DNA from: Sulfurimonas sp.
GTDB taxonomy: Bacteria > Campylobacterota > Campylobacteria > Campylobacterales > Sulfurimonadaceae
Length of the DNA stretch: 59,633 nt
Assembly: GCA_027071075.1 (NCBI GenBank)
Contig: JALSUU010000181.1
Span: 1-59,633 of the forward strand
Reading direction: 5' to 3'
Part shown: in pieces, positions 29,481-38,755 of the stretch
Position numbering within the stretch: the stretch's first letter is position 1
Layout of the letters: the number at the start of each line of letters is the position of its first letter
Notes under the pieces: model-generated
The model's database searches: none
The model's input: the letters and a program-made list of their open reading frames with translations, nothing else
Told to the model about the DNA's origin: nothing
Translations under genes and position numbers: made by a program

Positions 29481-29687
29481 ATGTATAAAGTAACGGTAAT
29501 GAATCCATGTAGCTGTTTTATAAAGAATGGTTTAGTAGATGTTCAAGACTTCTCTTCAAAAGAGGAAGCAAAAAAAGAGGCAGAGTCACTGCTACACAGA
29601 ATGCAGACTACTTTTTGTGGAAAACATGAGTTTAGTATGAGTGAGCAGTTTGGTTCATTTACTATTTTTACAAGAGCAAGAAGTTAG
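29481..29687 (+). CDS. Small hypothetical protein with CxC and CxxH motifs
   Basis: 68 aa, NPCSCF...FCGKH; its stop overlaps the convergent kdsB stop. Confidence 0.7.
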   Translation: MYKVTVMNPCSCFIKNGLVDVQDFSSKEEAKKEAESLLHRMQTTFCGKHEFSMSEQFGSFTIFTRARS

Positions 29688-30400
29688 AGAAAAATCTCTA
29701 TAGCTCTTGCTAAATCCTCTTTCGTGTCTATTCCAAAACCAGTAGATGTTACTTTTACCATAGTTATATTTTTTTGATGATAAATTGCACGAAGTTGCTC
29801 TAGTTTTTCTATATCTTCTATAGGTGCATCACTGAGTGAGCAAAACTCTTGTAAACTTTTTTTAGAAAATCCATAAATCCCTATATGCCCAAAATATTTT
29901 GCTCCACCACCTTGGTTATAGGGGATAGCTGAACGAGAGAAGTAGATAGCATTGTCTGCATCATCAAGGACCACTTTTACAAGGTTTGGATCCTCTGCTG
30001 CTTGGGCATTGATGGCATTGTAGCAACTTCCCATTATAAAAGGTTCATTCCTTTTTTGTAATGATTGGAGTTTGCGCATTAAAGACTCTACAACATCAGG
30101 CTCAATAAAAGGCTCATCTGCTTGAACATTGATGATGAGTTCATCATCTTTTAGTTTGAAAATAGTAGCACACTCATGGATTCTATCTGTACCACTTTTA
30201 TGTGTAGTAGATGTAAGCATAGCCTCGATACCATGAGCCTTACATACTTCTATGATCTTTTCATCATCAGCTGCTACAACTACTCTGTCTAGATGTGCCA
30301 CTCTTTGAACAGTTCTCACAACCATTGGAAGCCCACCAATATCTGCTAAAACTTTTTGAGGAAAACGCGAAGATGCTAATCGTGCTGGAATAATAATCAT
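29684..30400 (-). CDS. kdsB: 3-deoxy-manno-octulosonate cytidylyltransferase
   Basis: IIIPARLASSRFPQK, SGTDRI, NVQADEP, HIGIYG, EKLEQLRA. Confidence 0.96.
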   Translation of the reverse strand: MIIIPARLASSRFPQKVLADIGGLPMVVRTVQRVAHLDRVVVAADDEKIIEVCKAHGIEAMLTSTTHKSGTDRIHECATIFKLKDDELIINVQADEPFIEPDVVESLMRKLQSLQKRNEPFIMGSCYNAINAQAAEDPNLVKVVLDDADNAIYFSRSAIPYNQGGGAKYFGHIGIYGFSKKSLQEFCSLSDAPIEDIEKLEQLRAIYHQKNITMVKVTSTGFGIDTKEDLARAIEIFL

Positions 30401-30463
30401 TTAATGCCTTTAAGTTATAATTACGAAATTATATCTAAACTACTATCAAGGTTATATCAAGAC

Positions 30464-31159
30464 ATGACACTTTATCAACCTGAGTCTGGCTACTGTTACA
30501 ATGCGGACTCTCTTTTTTTATATGATTTTATAAACTCTTTTAAACCAAATGGAAAGGTTCTTGATGTTGGTGCTGGATGTGGGATTGTTGGTCTTTTAGT
30601 AGCACGAGACAATCCTAATATTACACTTCAAGCCGTTGAAAAACAGAGTATATTTGTAAAGTATGCAGAGAAAAATGCTAATGAAAATGAGATAAAGTAT
30701 AGTATTTATGAGAGTGATTTTTTGGAGTTAGAAGTAGATGAGAAGTATGATTATATAGTCTCAAATCCTCCTTTTTACCCTGAAGGTGTACGAAAAAGTG
30801 AAAATGAAATTTTGCAAAAGGCGCGTTATAGTGATAACCTTCCTCTTAAGGCATTTTTTAAAAAAGTCTCACAACTCTTAAAGCCACATGCCCACTTTAT
30901 ATTTTGTTATGACCCTTTAGCTTTTGGAGAAATATGTGTTGCCTTGTCGGAAGTGAAGATGCGAGTGGTGGATGTTCAGTTTGTGCATCCTAAAATTGGA
31001 AAAGGTGCATCACTTGTGATGATCCATGCAAGAAATGGTTCAAAATCAATGATGCATGTAAAAGCTCCTTTTATTACAATGGAGCAGGGTGCGTATACAC
31101 CTAAAGTAAAAGAAATATTTCAAAAAGCAAATACAGAGAGTATAAAATGTCAACTATAA
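30464..31159 (+). CDS. tRNA1(Val) A37 N6-methyltransferase family (TrmN6/YfiC-like)
   Basis: LYQPESGYCYNADS, VLDVGAGCG, VSNPPF. ATG at 30464 preferred. Confidence 0.8.
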   Translation: MTLYQPESGYCYNADSLFLYDFINSFKPNGKVLDVGAGCGIVGLLVARDNPNITLQAVEKQSIFVKYAEKNANENEIKYSIYESDFLELEVDEKYDYIVSNPPFYPEGVRKSENEILQKARYSDNLPLKAFFKKVSQLLKPHAHFIFCYDPLAFGEICVALSEVKMRVVDVQFVHPKIGKGASLVMIHARNGSKSMMHVKAPFITMEQGAYTPKVKEIFQKANTESIKCQL

Positions 31160-31530
31160 TGAAAAAAGAGGGATATCCTTACGCCTTTGATTACTCAGCA
31201 TGTGCTAGTTGTGGTGGTAAATGCTGTACTGGAGAGAGTGGTTATATATTTGTTTCCATAAGTGAAATAAAAAAAATAGCGGCACATTTAAATCTAAGTG
31301 TTAATGATTTTGGTGTAAAATATCTCTACAAATCAGGGTATAAATACTCAATAAATGAAGTCAAACAAGAAGATGGTTCTTATGAGTGTGTCTTTTTTGA
31401 CAAGGCTATTGGTGGATGCAAGATATATGAAGTGCGTCCTTCTCAATGTATAAAATTTCCATTTTGGGACTATTATAGAAGTCGAATTGATGAGTTAAAA
31501 GAAGAGTGCCCGGGGATAATAGATGTTTAA
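31147..31530 (+). CDS. YkgJ/UPF0153 Cys-cluster (Fe/Zn-binding) protein
   Basis: CASCGGKCC...CVFF...CKIYEVRPSQC..FPFW...ECPG. Confidence 0.85.
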   Translation: MSTIMKKEGYPYAFDYSACASCGGKCCTGESGYIFVSISEIKKIAAHLNLSVNDFGVKYLYKSGYKYSINEVKQEDGSYECVFFDKAIGGCKIYEVRPSQCIKFPFWDYYRSRIDELKEECPGIIDV

Positions 31531-32803
31531 AATAATTTCACTTATAGTTGTTACACTCCTTTTGGCATCGTGTTCGCTGATGCAGACAAAAGCTCTCGCC
31601 CCAAATGAGAAGGCTTTTGAAGATGAAGATATGTATATACTTTTTGCTTTGCGTGCAGAAGAAGTAGGCTCGTACAAAAGTGCATCAGATATCTTTACTT
31701 CAATCTATCAAAAATCAAAGAAAAAAGAGTATCTTTATAGATCTATAGAAAATAATTTAGCTGCCAAAGAGAATGAAAAAGTTTTGCAAAGAGTTGATGC
31801 ATACTTAGAGGTGTATCCTAATGATGTAAAGCTCTTACGACTCAAGGTCATCGCCCTTGTCTCTTTAGATAAACTTCAAGAGGCAAAAGTTATAGCTGCT
31901 AATTTAGCCAAAGATACACAAGCGGCAAATGATTACCTTTTAACAAGTGAAATATATATAAAACTTCAAAAGTATGATATGGCAGTGCGTTACTTAGAGA
32001 GTGCTTATGCTAAAAAACACGATGAAAATATTTTAGATAAGATGTCTATTATCTTATATGTAAATTTAGGAAAGAAGAAAGAGGCAATAGCACAGTTAGA
32101 AACACACTCTCGAATGATTGGATGTTCACAAAAGATATGTTCTCGGCTTATTGCATTTTATAGTAATGATAATAACCTAGATGGGATACTCTCTACCTAT
32201 CTTAGACTTTATGAAGTAAATTCAAATGAAGAGATTAGAAAAAAAATTATTCAGATATATAGCTATAAACAGGATTATAAAAATCTACAAATATTTTTAG
32301 AAAAAACGGGTTCGGATGATGCAATTCTTCTTCAGTTATACTCTTCTAAAAAAGAGTATAAAAAAGCATATCCTTTAGCGGATAAGCTATATGCTGAAAC
32401 TTCCGATATAAATTATCTTGGACAGAGTGCAATTTTTGAGTATGAGAGTGAAAAAGGTGAAAAATCTAAGAAACTTTTAGATAAAGTTGTAAACAGACTA
32501 GAGCGTGTAGTTGATGCTAAGCCTGACCCTTTGTATCTTAACTATTTAGGCTACATTCTTATCGATCATGATATTGATGTGAAAAAAGGTATGGGGTATA
32601 TTACTGAAGTTATAAAAAAACAACCAAATTCCGCTTATTATTTAGACTCTTTGGCTTGGGGATATTATAAGCTTTCAGAGTGTAAAAAAGCCAAAGAGTT
32701 GATTTTGAAAGTGGAAAAACTAGAGGGTGGAGATGACCCAGAAGTTTCACTCCATGCCCAAGAGATAGAGAAGTGTTTAAATAATAAAAAGGTGAAAAAA
32801 TAG
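31523..32803 (+). CDS. Tetratricopeptide-repeat lipoprotein
   Basis: Lipobox LLASC; TPR motifs YLNYLGYIL and YLDSLAWGYYKL. Confidence 0.8.
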   Translation: MFKIISLIVVTLLLASCSLMQTKALAPNEKAFEDEDMYILFALRAEEVGSYKSASDIFTSIYQKSKKKEYLYRSIENNLAAKENEKVLQRVDAYLEVYPNDVKLLRLKVIALVSLDKLQEAKVIAANLAKDTQAANDYLLTSEIYIKLQKYDMAVRYLESAYAKKHDENILDKMSIILYVNLGKKKEAIAQLETHSRMIGCSQKICSRLIAFYSNDNNLDGILSTYLRLYEVNSNEEIRKKIIQIYSYKQDYKNLQIFLEKTGSDDAILLQLYSSKKEYKKAYPLADKLYAETSDINYLGQSAIFEYESEKGEKSKKLLDKVVNRLERVVDAKPDPLYLNYLGYILIDHDIDVKKGMGYITEVIKKQPNSAYYLDSLAWGYYKLSECKKAKELILKVEKLEGGDDPEVSLHAQEIEKCLNNKKVKK

Positions 32804-32806
32804 AGT

Positions 32807-33598
32807 ATGATTTTAGATGATATAATAAAAAAGACAAAAGAAGATTTAGTAGAGCGCGAAAAAAAGTTTTCACTTGATTGGTTGGGTCGTTCCCTTGCCT
32901 TTAACGCTAGAGCACCCCGTGATGTGATTCCTTACCTAAAAGCAACAGAGGAGGATCCTTATCGTATCATCTCTGAGGTGAAAAAAGCATCTCCATCAAA
33001 GGGTGTTATTCGTGAAGATTTTGATCCTATCGCTATTGCGCAGAGTTATGAGAGAGGGGGAGCAAGTGCTATCTCTATTCTGACAGAACCTCACTTCTTT
33101 CAAGGAAGTCTTGATTATCTTGGTGGGATTCGCCGTTATGTAGGTATTCCACTGTTGAGAAAAGATTTTATTGTCTCTAAGTATCAAGTTTTAGAGGCTA
33201 TGGTTCATGGTGCTGATTTTATACTGCTTATCGCTGCTGCACTCTCAAAAAAAGAGTTAAAAGATCTGCTAAACTATACGAGACACTTAGGTATGGAAGC
33301 ACTTGTTGAGGTGCATGATAAGCCAGATTTAGTAAAAGCTATCTATGCAGGGAGTGATATCATAGGTATAAACCATAGAAATCTGCAAACATTTGAGATG
33401 AATATGAATCTTTCTTATGATTTGATTCCTCTTATTCCAAATGGAAAAATCATCGTTGCTGAGAGTGGGATTTATGAGCATGGACAGCTTGAAGATTTAA
33501 GTAAAGCAGGTGTTGATGCCTTCTTAGTGGGTGAGTCTCTTATGCGAACAGATAACGAGGAAGAAGCCCTTAAAATTCTTAAAAATGGAGAGAAGTAA
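32807..33598 (+). CDS. trpC: Indole-3-glycerol phosphate synthase
   Basis: [37 protein letters not shown]. Confidence 0.96.
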   Translation: MILDDIIKKTKEDLVEREKKFSLDWLGRSLAFNARAPRDVIPYLKATEEDPYRIISEVKKASPSKGVIREDFDPIAIAQSYERGGASAISILTEPHFFQGSLDYLGGIRRYVGIPLLRKDFIVSKYQVLEAMVHGADFILLIAAALSKKELKDLLNYTRHLGMEALVEVHDKPDLVKAIYAGSDIIGINHRNLQTFEMNMNLSYDLIPLIPNGKIIVAESGIYEHGQLEDLSKAGVDAFLVGESLMRTDNEEEALKILKNGEK

Positions 33599-33599
33599 T

Positions 33600-33956
33600 A
33601 TGATAAAAAGAAAATTAATTATTTTAGCAACTCTTGCATCAACGGTGATGTTTAGTGGATGTACGCAAGAAACACAAAATAAAATCGGTCGTAGTCTTCA
33701 AAACTGGACAGGAACAAATGGTGTTTTAGATATCTATATGGGTGAAAAACTTGTACAGAGATATATCAAGATAGATAAACTCTCAACTGCTGAGGCAAGT
33801 GATGGTAGCGGTGTCTCTCGGCACTACAGATATGGATATGGTTATTTAGATATAAATCAAAACTATAAAATAGATGCAGGTGAGAAAAAACTCTACTTTG
33901 AAGTGAGCAACTACTCAACTCCTTATATCTTTTATGATAACCCAGGAAGTAATTAG
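33600..33956 (+). CDS. Hypothetical lipoprotein
   Basis: ATG at 33600; signal peptide with lipobox FSGC. Confidence 0.7.
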   Translation: MIKRKLIILATLASTVMFSGCTQETQNKIGRSLQNWTGTNGVLDIYMGEKLVQRYIKIDKLSTAEASDGSGVSRHYRYGYGYLDINQNYKIDAGEKKLYFEVSNYSTPYIFYDNPGSN

Positions 33957-35053
33957 TGGAGATCATAGAACTTTTTAAATACCTTGTAAATAGTAAAAGT
34001 GAAACACCTGATGATGGTGGTTTACTTGATTTTATAGAGGAGTATCTTGAGGGGTTTGAAGCTATTCGCATAGATAAAGAGGATGTAAAAAATCTCTTTA
34101 TTTATAAAAAATTTGGTGAGGGTGAGCATCTCTGTTTTGCAGGACATGTAGATGTTGTTCCTGCTGGGAAAAATTGGGAGAGTAGCCCTTACGAAGCAAC
34201 TGAGAGAGATGGCTATATCTATGGTCGTGGTACACAAGACATGAAGAGTGGAGTGGCTGCCTTTACGCAAGCTGTAAAAGAGGCAGAAAATTTTAGCGGA
34301 ACACTTTCGCTGATGCTCACTTCTGATGAAGAGGGCGATGCCATCAATGGAACTGTGAAGATATTAGAGTTTTTGCAAAACAATGATATGCTTCCTGATG
34401 CATGTATTGTAGCTGAGCCTACTTGTGAAGAGCAGTTTGGTGATGCTATAAAAGTAGGGCGTCGTGGTTCTATTAATGGTTATATTACGCTCAAGGGGAA
34501 GCAGGGTCATGCTGCCTATCCTGAAAAAGCTATAAACCCCATACACAACATCTCTCAAGTTTTAGGCTCAATGGCTGGAGTTGATTTAGATAATGGGGAT
34601 GAATTTTTTGCTCCTAGCAAGTTTGTAGTGACAGATATTCGCTCTGGTATGCAGGTAACAAATGTTACACCAAATGATCTTGAAATGATGTTTAATGTGC
34701 GAAACAACACAAAAACTACACAAAAAGAGATTAGACTCTTTGTAAAGAAACATTTTAAAGAGTTGGATTATGATCTTCGTTTAACACAGGGTTCTTACCC
34801 TTTTAAAACAGATACAGATACAAAACTTGTACAGAGAATCGATGCATCTATAAAAAGAGTAACAGGAATACAAACAAAACACTCAACAGCAGGTGGCACA
34901 AGTGATGCACGATTTATAGCACCATTGGGTGTGGCTGTTATAGAATTTGGTGTGAAAAATGATACTATTCACTCTGTTAATGAGAGAACGACAAGAGCAG
35001 AAGTTGAAGGTTTATATCAAGTTTTCAAAGATTTTATAGGGAGTTGGGAGTAA
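33956..35053 (+). CDS. dapE: Succinyl-diaminopimelate desuccinylase
   Basis: FAGHVDVVP, GRGTQDMKS, TSDEE, GRRGS, GHAAYP, GGTSDARF. Confidence 0.95.
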   Translation: MEIIELFKYLVNSKSETPDDGGLLDFIEEYLEGFEAIRIDKEDVKNLFIYKKFGEGEHLCFAGHVDVVPAGKNWESSPYEATERDGYIYGRGTQDMKSGVAAFTQAVKEAENFSGTLSLMLTSDEEGDAINGTVKILEFLQNNDMLPDACIVAEPTCEEQFGDAIKVGRRGSINGYITLKGKQGHAAYPEKAINPIHNISQVLGSMAGVDLDNGDEFFAPSKFVVTDIRSGMQVTNVTPNDLEMMFNVRNNTKTTQKEIRLFVKKHFKELDYDLRLTQGSYPFKTDTDTKLVQRIDASIKRVTGIQTKHSTAGGTSDARFIAPLGVAVIEFGVKNDTIHSVNERTTRAEVEGLYQVFKDFIGSWE

Positions 35054-35057
35054 GATA

Positions 35058-35459
35058 ATGAAAAGTTTACTATTTTTATTAATGATAACAGGTGCACTCT
35101 TTGCAAATGATCTTGGCTGGTCACATGATTATGAAGCTGCACTACAAAAAGCCAAAAAAGAGCACAAACTTGTTTATATTCTTATTACCTCTGATAGTTG
35201 TCACTGGTGTAGAAAGTTTGAGTCTACTACTTTAAAAGATAAAACAATTTTAAAGCGACTTTATAAAGAGTTTGTAACTGTACATCTTTCAAGGGATCGT
35301 CACAAAATTCCAAAAGTTTTTGAAACTGCACCTGTTCCCCGACACTATTTTGTAGATACAAATGGAAAGATACTCTACTCATCATTAGGGTTTCGTGGTG
35401 TAGATTGTTTTGATGCTTTTATGGATAATGCAGAACAAAAATTTCAAGTTAGTGAATAG
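35058..35459 (+). CDS. Exported thioredoxin-fold protein (SoxW/Thioredoxin_7-like)
   Basis: Signal peptide, W..DYEAAL..AK, CHWC, PVP cis-Pro loop. Confidence 0.8.
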   Translation: MKSLLFLLMITGALFANDLGWSHDYEAALQKAKKEHKLVYILITSDSCHWCRKFESTTLKDKTILKRLYKEFVTVHLSRDRHKIPKVFETAPVPRHYFVDTNGKILYSSLGFRGVDCFDAFMDNAEQKFQVSE

Positions 35460-35472
35460 AATTTTAAAATGA

Positions 35473-35497
35473 ATATAAGGGGCTTTGCTCCTTATAT
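35473..35497. repeat. 25-nt hairpin repeat, copy 1 (REP-like)
   Basis: ATATAAGGGGC-TTT-GCTCCTTATAT; homologous to 36388-36412. Confidence 0.6.
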
Positions 35498-35520
35498 TGT
35501 ATAAAACAAAGGATTTAAAA

Positions 35521-35901
35521 ATGGATTTCGTTCAAACAAATAGTGCCCCATCAGCGATAGGGCCATACTCACAAGCAGTTGTAGCAAATGGCATAGTCTA
35601 TACATCAGGGCAAATAGCTCTACTTCCTGATGGAAGTGACACTATTTTAAATCAAGATGTAGTTGCACAAACAAAACAGGTTATGCAGAACTTAGAAGCT
35701 GTTTTAGTTGCAGGTGGAAGCTCTTTAGATAGCGTTTTAAAGACAACTATCTTTTTAGCAAGTATGGATGACTTTGCAGTTGTAAATGCTATTTATGAAG
35801 AGTTCTTTGCTTCTCATAAGCCAGCGCGTGCAACAGTAGCTGTAAAAACTTTACCAAAAAATGCACTTGTTGAGATAGATGCTGTCGCTTTACTTAAGTG
35901 A
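35521..35901 (+). CDS. ridA: RidA/YjgF enamine/imine deaminase
   Basis: APSAIGPYSQA, SGQIAL, PARATV, LPKNALVEID. ATG at 35521 follows AAGGA. Confidence 0.9.
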   Translation: MDFVQTNSAPSAIGPYSQAVVANGIVYTSGQIALLPDGSDTILNQDVVAQTKQVMQNLEAVLVAGGSSLDSVLKTTIFLASMDDFAVVNAIYEEFFASHKPARATVAVKTLPKNALVEIDAVALLK

Positions 35902-35928
35902 TTAAATAAAACTTAAAGCTTATTAGGA

Positions 35929-35934
35929 TATAAT
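35929..35934 (+). promoter_or_regulatory. Putative -10 box of the rplU operon
   Basis: TATAAT 45 nt upstream of the rplU ATG. Confidence 0.5.
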
Positions 35935-35978
35935 TCCGAACTTTTTGTAGAAATACATATAAATTTCAAGGACTGTAG

Positions 35979-36287
35979 ATGTACGCAATTATTAAAAATG
36001 GTGGAAAGCAGTATAAAGTTCAAGAGGGCGATGAGTTATCTTTAGATAAAATGTCACTTGAAGCTGGTACTGTTGTAGAGATTAAAGAAGTTTTAGCAGT
36101 TAACGCTGGTGAACTTAAAATGGGAGCTCCTTTTGTTGAAGGCGCTGTAGTAACTGCTGAAGTTATGAGAGAAGGGCGTGATAGAAAGGTAATTACTTTC
36201 AAAAAGCGTCGTCGTAAAGATAGTAAAGTGAAGCGTGGTTTCAGAAGAGACTACACTCGTGTTAGAATCACGAAAATAGCTGCTTAA
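35979..36287 (+). CDS. rplU: 50S ribosomal protein L21
   Basis: [21 protein letters not shown]. Confidence 0.97.
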   Translation: MYAIIKNGGKQYKVQEGDELSLDKMSLEAGTVVEIKEVLAVNAGELKMGAPFVEGAVVTAEVMREGRDRKVITFKKRRRKDSKVKRGFRRDYTRVRITKIAA

Positions 36288-36387
36288 TTAGCAGTTGTAA
36301 TTTAAATCTAAAAGCGGTTTTACACCGTGAATTACAATGCAACTAGTTGCATGAGCCTTACGCTGAGTAAAACTAAGCGTTAGCGTA

Positions 36388-36412
36388 ATAGAAGGGACTT
36401 TGTTCCTTCTAT
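36388..36412. repeat. 25-nt hairpin repeat, copy 2 (REP-like)
   Basis: ATAGAAGGGAC-TTT-GTTCCTTCTAT; homologous to 35473-35497. Confidence 0.6.
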
Positions 36413-36446
36413 GTATAAATAGTGAACCAAATTTAAGGAGAATATT

Positions 36447-36704
36447 ATGGCACATAAGAAAGGTCAAGGTAGTACACAGAATAATCGTGACTCAGCTGGT
36501 AGAAGACTTGGTGTAAAGAAATATGGTGGAGAAGCTGTTATCGCTGGTAACATCATCATCCGTCAGCGTGGTACGAAAGTACATCCAGGTAAAAATGTAG
36601 GTATGGGAAAAGATCATACTCTATTTGCTTTAGTTGATGGTGTTGTAGCTTTTGAGCGTAAAGATAAAAAACGCCAACAAGTTTCAATCATTACTGCTGC
36701 GTAA
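36447..36704 (+). CDS. rpmA: 50S ribosomal protein L27
   Basis: [29 protein letters not shown]. Confidence 0.98.
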   Translation: MAHKKGQGSTQNNRDSAGRRLGVKKYGGEAVIAGNIIIRQRGTKVHPGKNVGMGKDHTLFALVDGVVAFERKDKKRQQVSIITAA

Positions 36705-36717
36705 TTCTACAAATATT

Positions 36718-36743
36718 TGAGCCTTATGGCTCATCTATTTTTT
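36718..36743 (+). terminator. Possible terminator after rpmA
   Basis: TGAGCC-TTAT-GGCTCA hairpin followed by a T-rich tract. Confidence 0.4.
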
Positions 36744-36884
36744 CTTCATTTAAAAACTCTTATAAGTTTTCATTCAATAATAAATATTTAACAATTTACT
36801 CTTCTTTAGAATTAATATGCAAAATAGTAAATTTTTAAGTTTTTAGATTATAAGATCTATTACTCTAAACAGCAAGGATTACAA

Positions 36885-37985
36885 ATGTTTACAGATAGTG
36901 TCGAGTTAACAGTTTCATCAGGAAAAGGTGGACAAGGGTGTGTAGCATTCCGTCGTGAAAAATTTGTACTCAATGGTGGTCCAAATGGTGGTGATGGTGG
37001 AAAAGGTGGAGATGTATGGTTTAAGTGTGATAATAACACCCATACACTCTCTCACTTTCAAAGAAAGATGCACATTAAAGCTGAGGGTGGAAAACCAGGT
37101 GAGGGTTCAAACTGTACTGGAAAATCTGGAAATAAAAAAGTTATTATAGTGCCTCCAGGGACACAGATTATTGATACTGAGACAGGTGATGTTCTTTTTG
37201 ATATGTTAGAAGATGGACAAGAAGAGAAGTTTTTACAAGGTGGTAAAGGTGGACTTGGAAATACTCACTTTAAATCACCAACAAATCAGAGACCTACCTA
37301 CGCACAACCTGGTGAAAAGGGGGAGACAAGAGCAATTAAACTTGATCTTAAACTCATTGCAGATATCGGTTTAGTTGGATTTCCAAATGTTGGAAAGTCT
37401 ACACTTATCTCAACAGTTTCAAATGCAAGACCTGAGATAGCAAATTATGAGTTTACAACACTTACACCTAAGCTCGGTCAAGTAAATATTGGTGATTATG
37501 AGTCATTTGTTATGGCTGATATTCCAGGTATTATTGGTGGAGCACATGAGGGAAAAGGTTTAGGAATCAAATTTTTACGCCATATTGAGCGTACGAAAAT
37601 TTTACTTTACATGGTAGACTTAGGAAACTATAGAGAACTCAAAGAGCAGATAGAAGTACTCAAAGATGAGATAGCTTCATTTTCTGAAATTTTAGGAAGT
37701 TCAAAATTTGCTATAGCTCTCACGCGTGTAGATATCGTACCTCCAAATGAGACAGAGGCGTTAGTAAATGGCTTTTTAGAGCTTCTTGGTTTAGAAAAAT
37801 CATATAAAAATGAGTTTAACTTTGATAATGATATGCCATTTTTTGTGCAAGAGTCTGCAGATGAAGAACTTGGCTTTGAGAGAGAAAAACCGTATCTTGT
37901 TGCACCTATCTCTTCAGCGACAAACAAAAATATAGAAGCATTGAAATACGCACTCTTTAATTTAGTACAATCTGATAGAAAGTAG
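36885..37985 (+). CDS. obgE: GTPase ObgE/CgtA
   Basis: Gly-rich Obg fold, [21 protein letters not shown]. Confidence 0.96.
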   Translation: MFTDSVELTVSSGKGGQGCVAFRREKFVLNGGPNGGDGGKGGDVWFKCDNNTHTLSHFQRKMHIKAEGGKPGEGSNCTGKSGNKKVIIVPPGTQIIDTETGDVLFDMLEDGQEEKFLQGGKGGLGNTHFKSPTNQRPTYAQPGEKGETRAIKLDLKLIADIGLVGFPNVGKSTLISTVSNARPEIANYEFTTLTPKLGQVNIGDYESFVMADIPGIIGGAHEGKGLGIKFLRHIERTKILLYMVDLGNYRELKEQIEVLKDEIASFSEILGSSKFAIALTRVDIVPPNETEALVNGFLELLGLEKSYKNEFNFDNDMPFFVQESADEELGFEREKPYLVAPISSATNKNIEALKYALFNLVQSDRK

Positions 37986-37990
37986 CTCAA

Positions 37991-38755
37991 ATGAGAAGAG
38001 TTGTTGTTAAGGTTGGTAGTGCTGTTTTAACGCAAGATAACTCTGTTGCCTATGAGAGAATGCAAAAGCTTGTAGACTTTTTAGCAGAACTTAGAAAAAA
38101 AAATGAAGTTATATTAGTCTCTTCGGGTGCTGTTTCTGCTGGGTATACAAAATTAAAACTCGATAGAACTCTCATCGCAAATAAACAGGCACTTGCATCA
38201 TTAGGGCAGCCTATTTTGATGAATAAATATGCTAGAAAATTTGCAAAATATAAAATACTCTGCTCTCAAGTCTTAGTAACAGCAGCAAATCTCAATAAAT
38301 CTGATGATGTTCAAAGGGTGAGAAGTACAATAAATGTACTTATTGCTAATGGAATTATCCCTATTGTTAATGAAAACGATGCAACTTCTACTAATGAACT
38401 TGAAGTTGGGGATAATGATCAACTCTCTGCATATATTGCAAAGGGTTTAGAAGCAGATATTTTAATTATTCTCTCTGATATTGATGCCTATTACGATGCA
38501 GATCCTAGAGTAGATGAGAGTGCAAAAGTTCTTAAAGTTGTCAATGAGATAAGTAAAGAAGAGTTAAGCAGAGACGCGACACCAAACAATATTTTTGCGA
38601 CAGGTGGTATTGTCACAAAACTTAAAGCAGCGGCACTCTTACTCAAGGCAGATATTGATACTTTTTTGGCCTCTGGTTTTGATTTGAGTGATGTTAAAAG
38701 TTATACTTTAGAAAATAATCATAAGGGTGGAACACTCTTTACAAAGGCAAAGTAG
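37991..38755 (+). CDS. proB: Glutamate 5-kinase (no PUA domain)
   Basis: VVKVGSAVL, VSSGAV, NEND, GDNDQL, TGGIVTKL. Confidence 0.94.
   Translation: MRRVVVKVGSAVLTQDNSVAYERMQKLVDFLAELRKKNEVILVSSGAVSAGYTKLKLDRTLIANKQALASLGQPILMNKYARKFAKYKILCSQVLVTAANLNKSDDVQRVRSTINVLIANGIIPIVNENDATSTNELEVGDNDQLSAYIAKGLEADILIILSDIDAYYDADPRVDESAKVLKVVNEISKEELSRDATPNNIFATGGIVTKLKAAALLLKADIDTFLASGFDLSDVKSYTLENNHKGGTLFTKAK

Noticed and set aside
37991-38755. ProB lacking the PUA domain
   Set aside because: A known short form in this lineage; intact stop and immediate coupling to fmt, so not a pseudogene.
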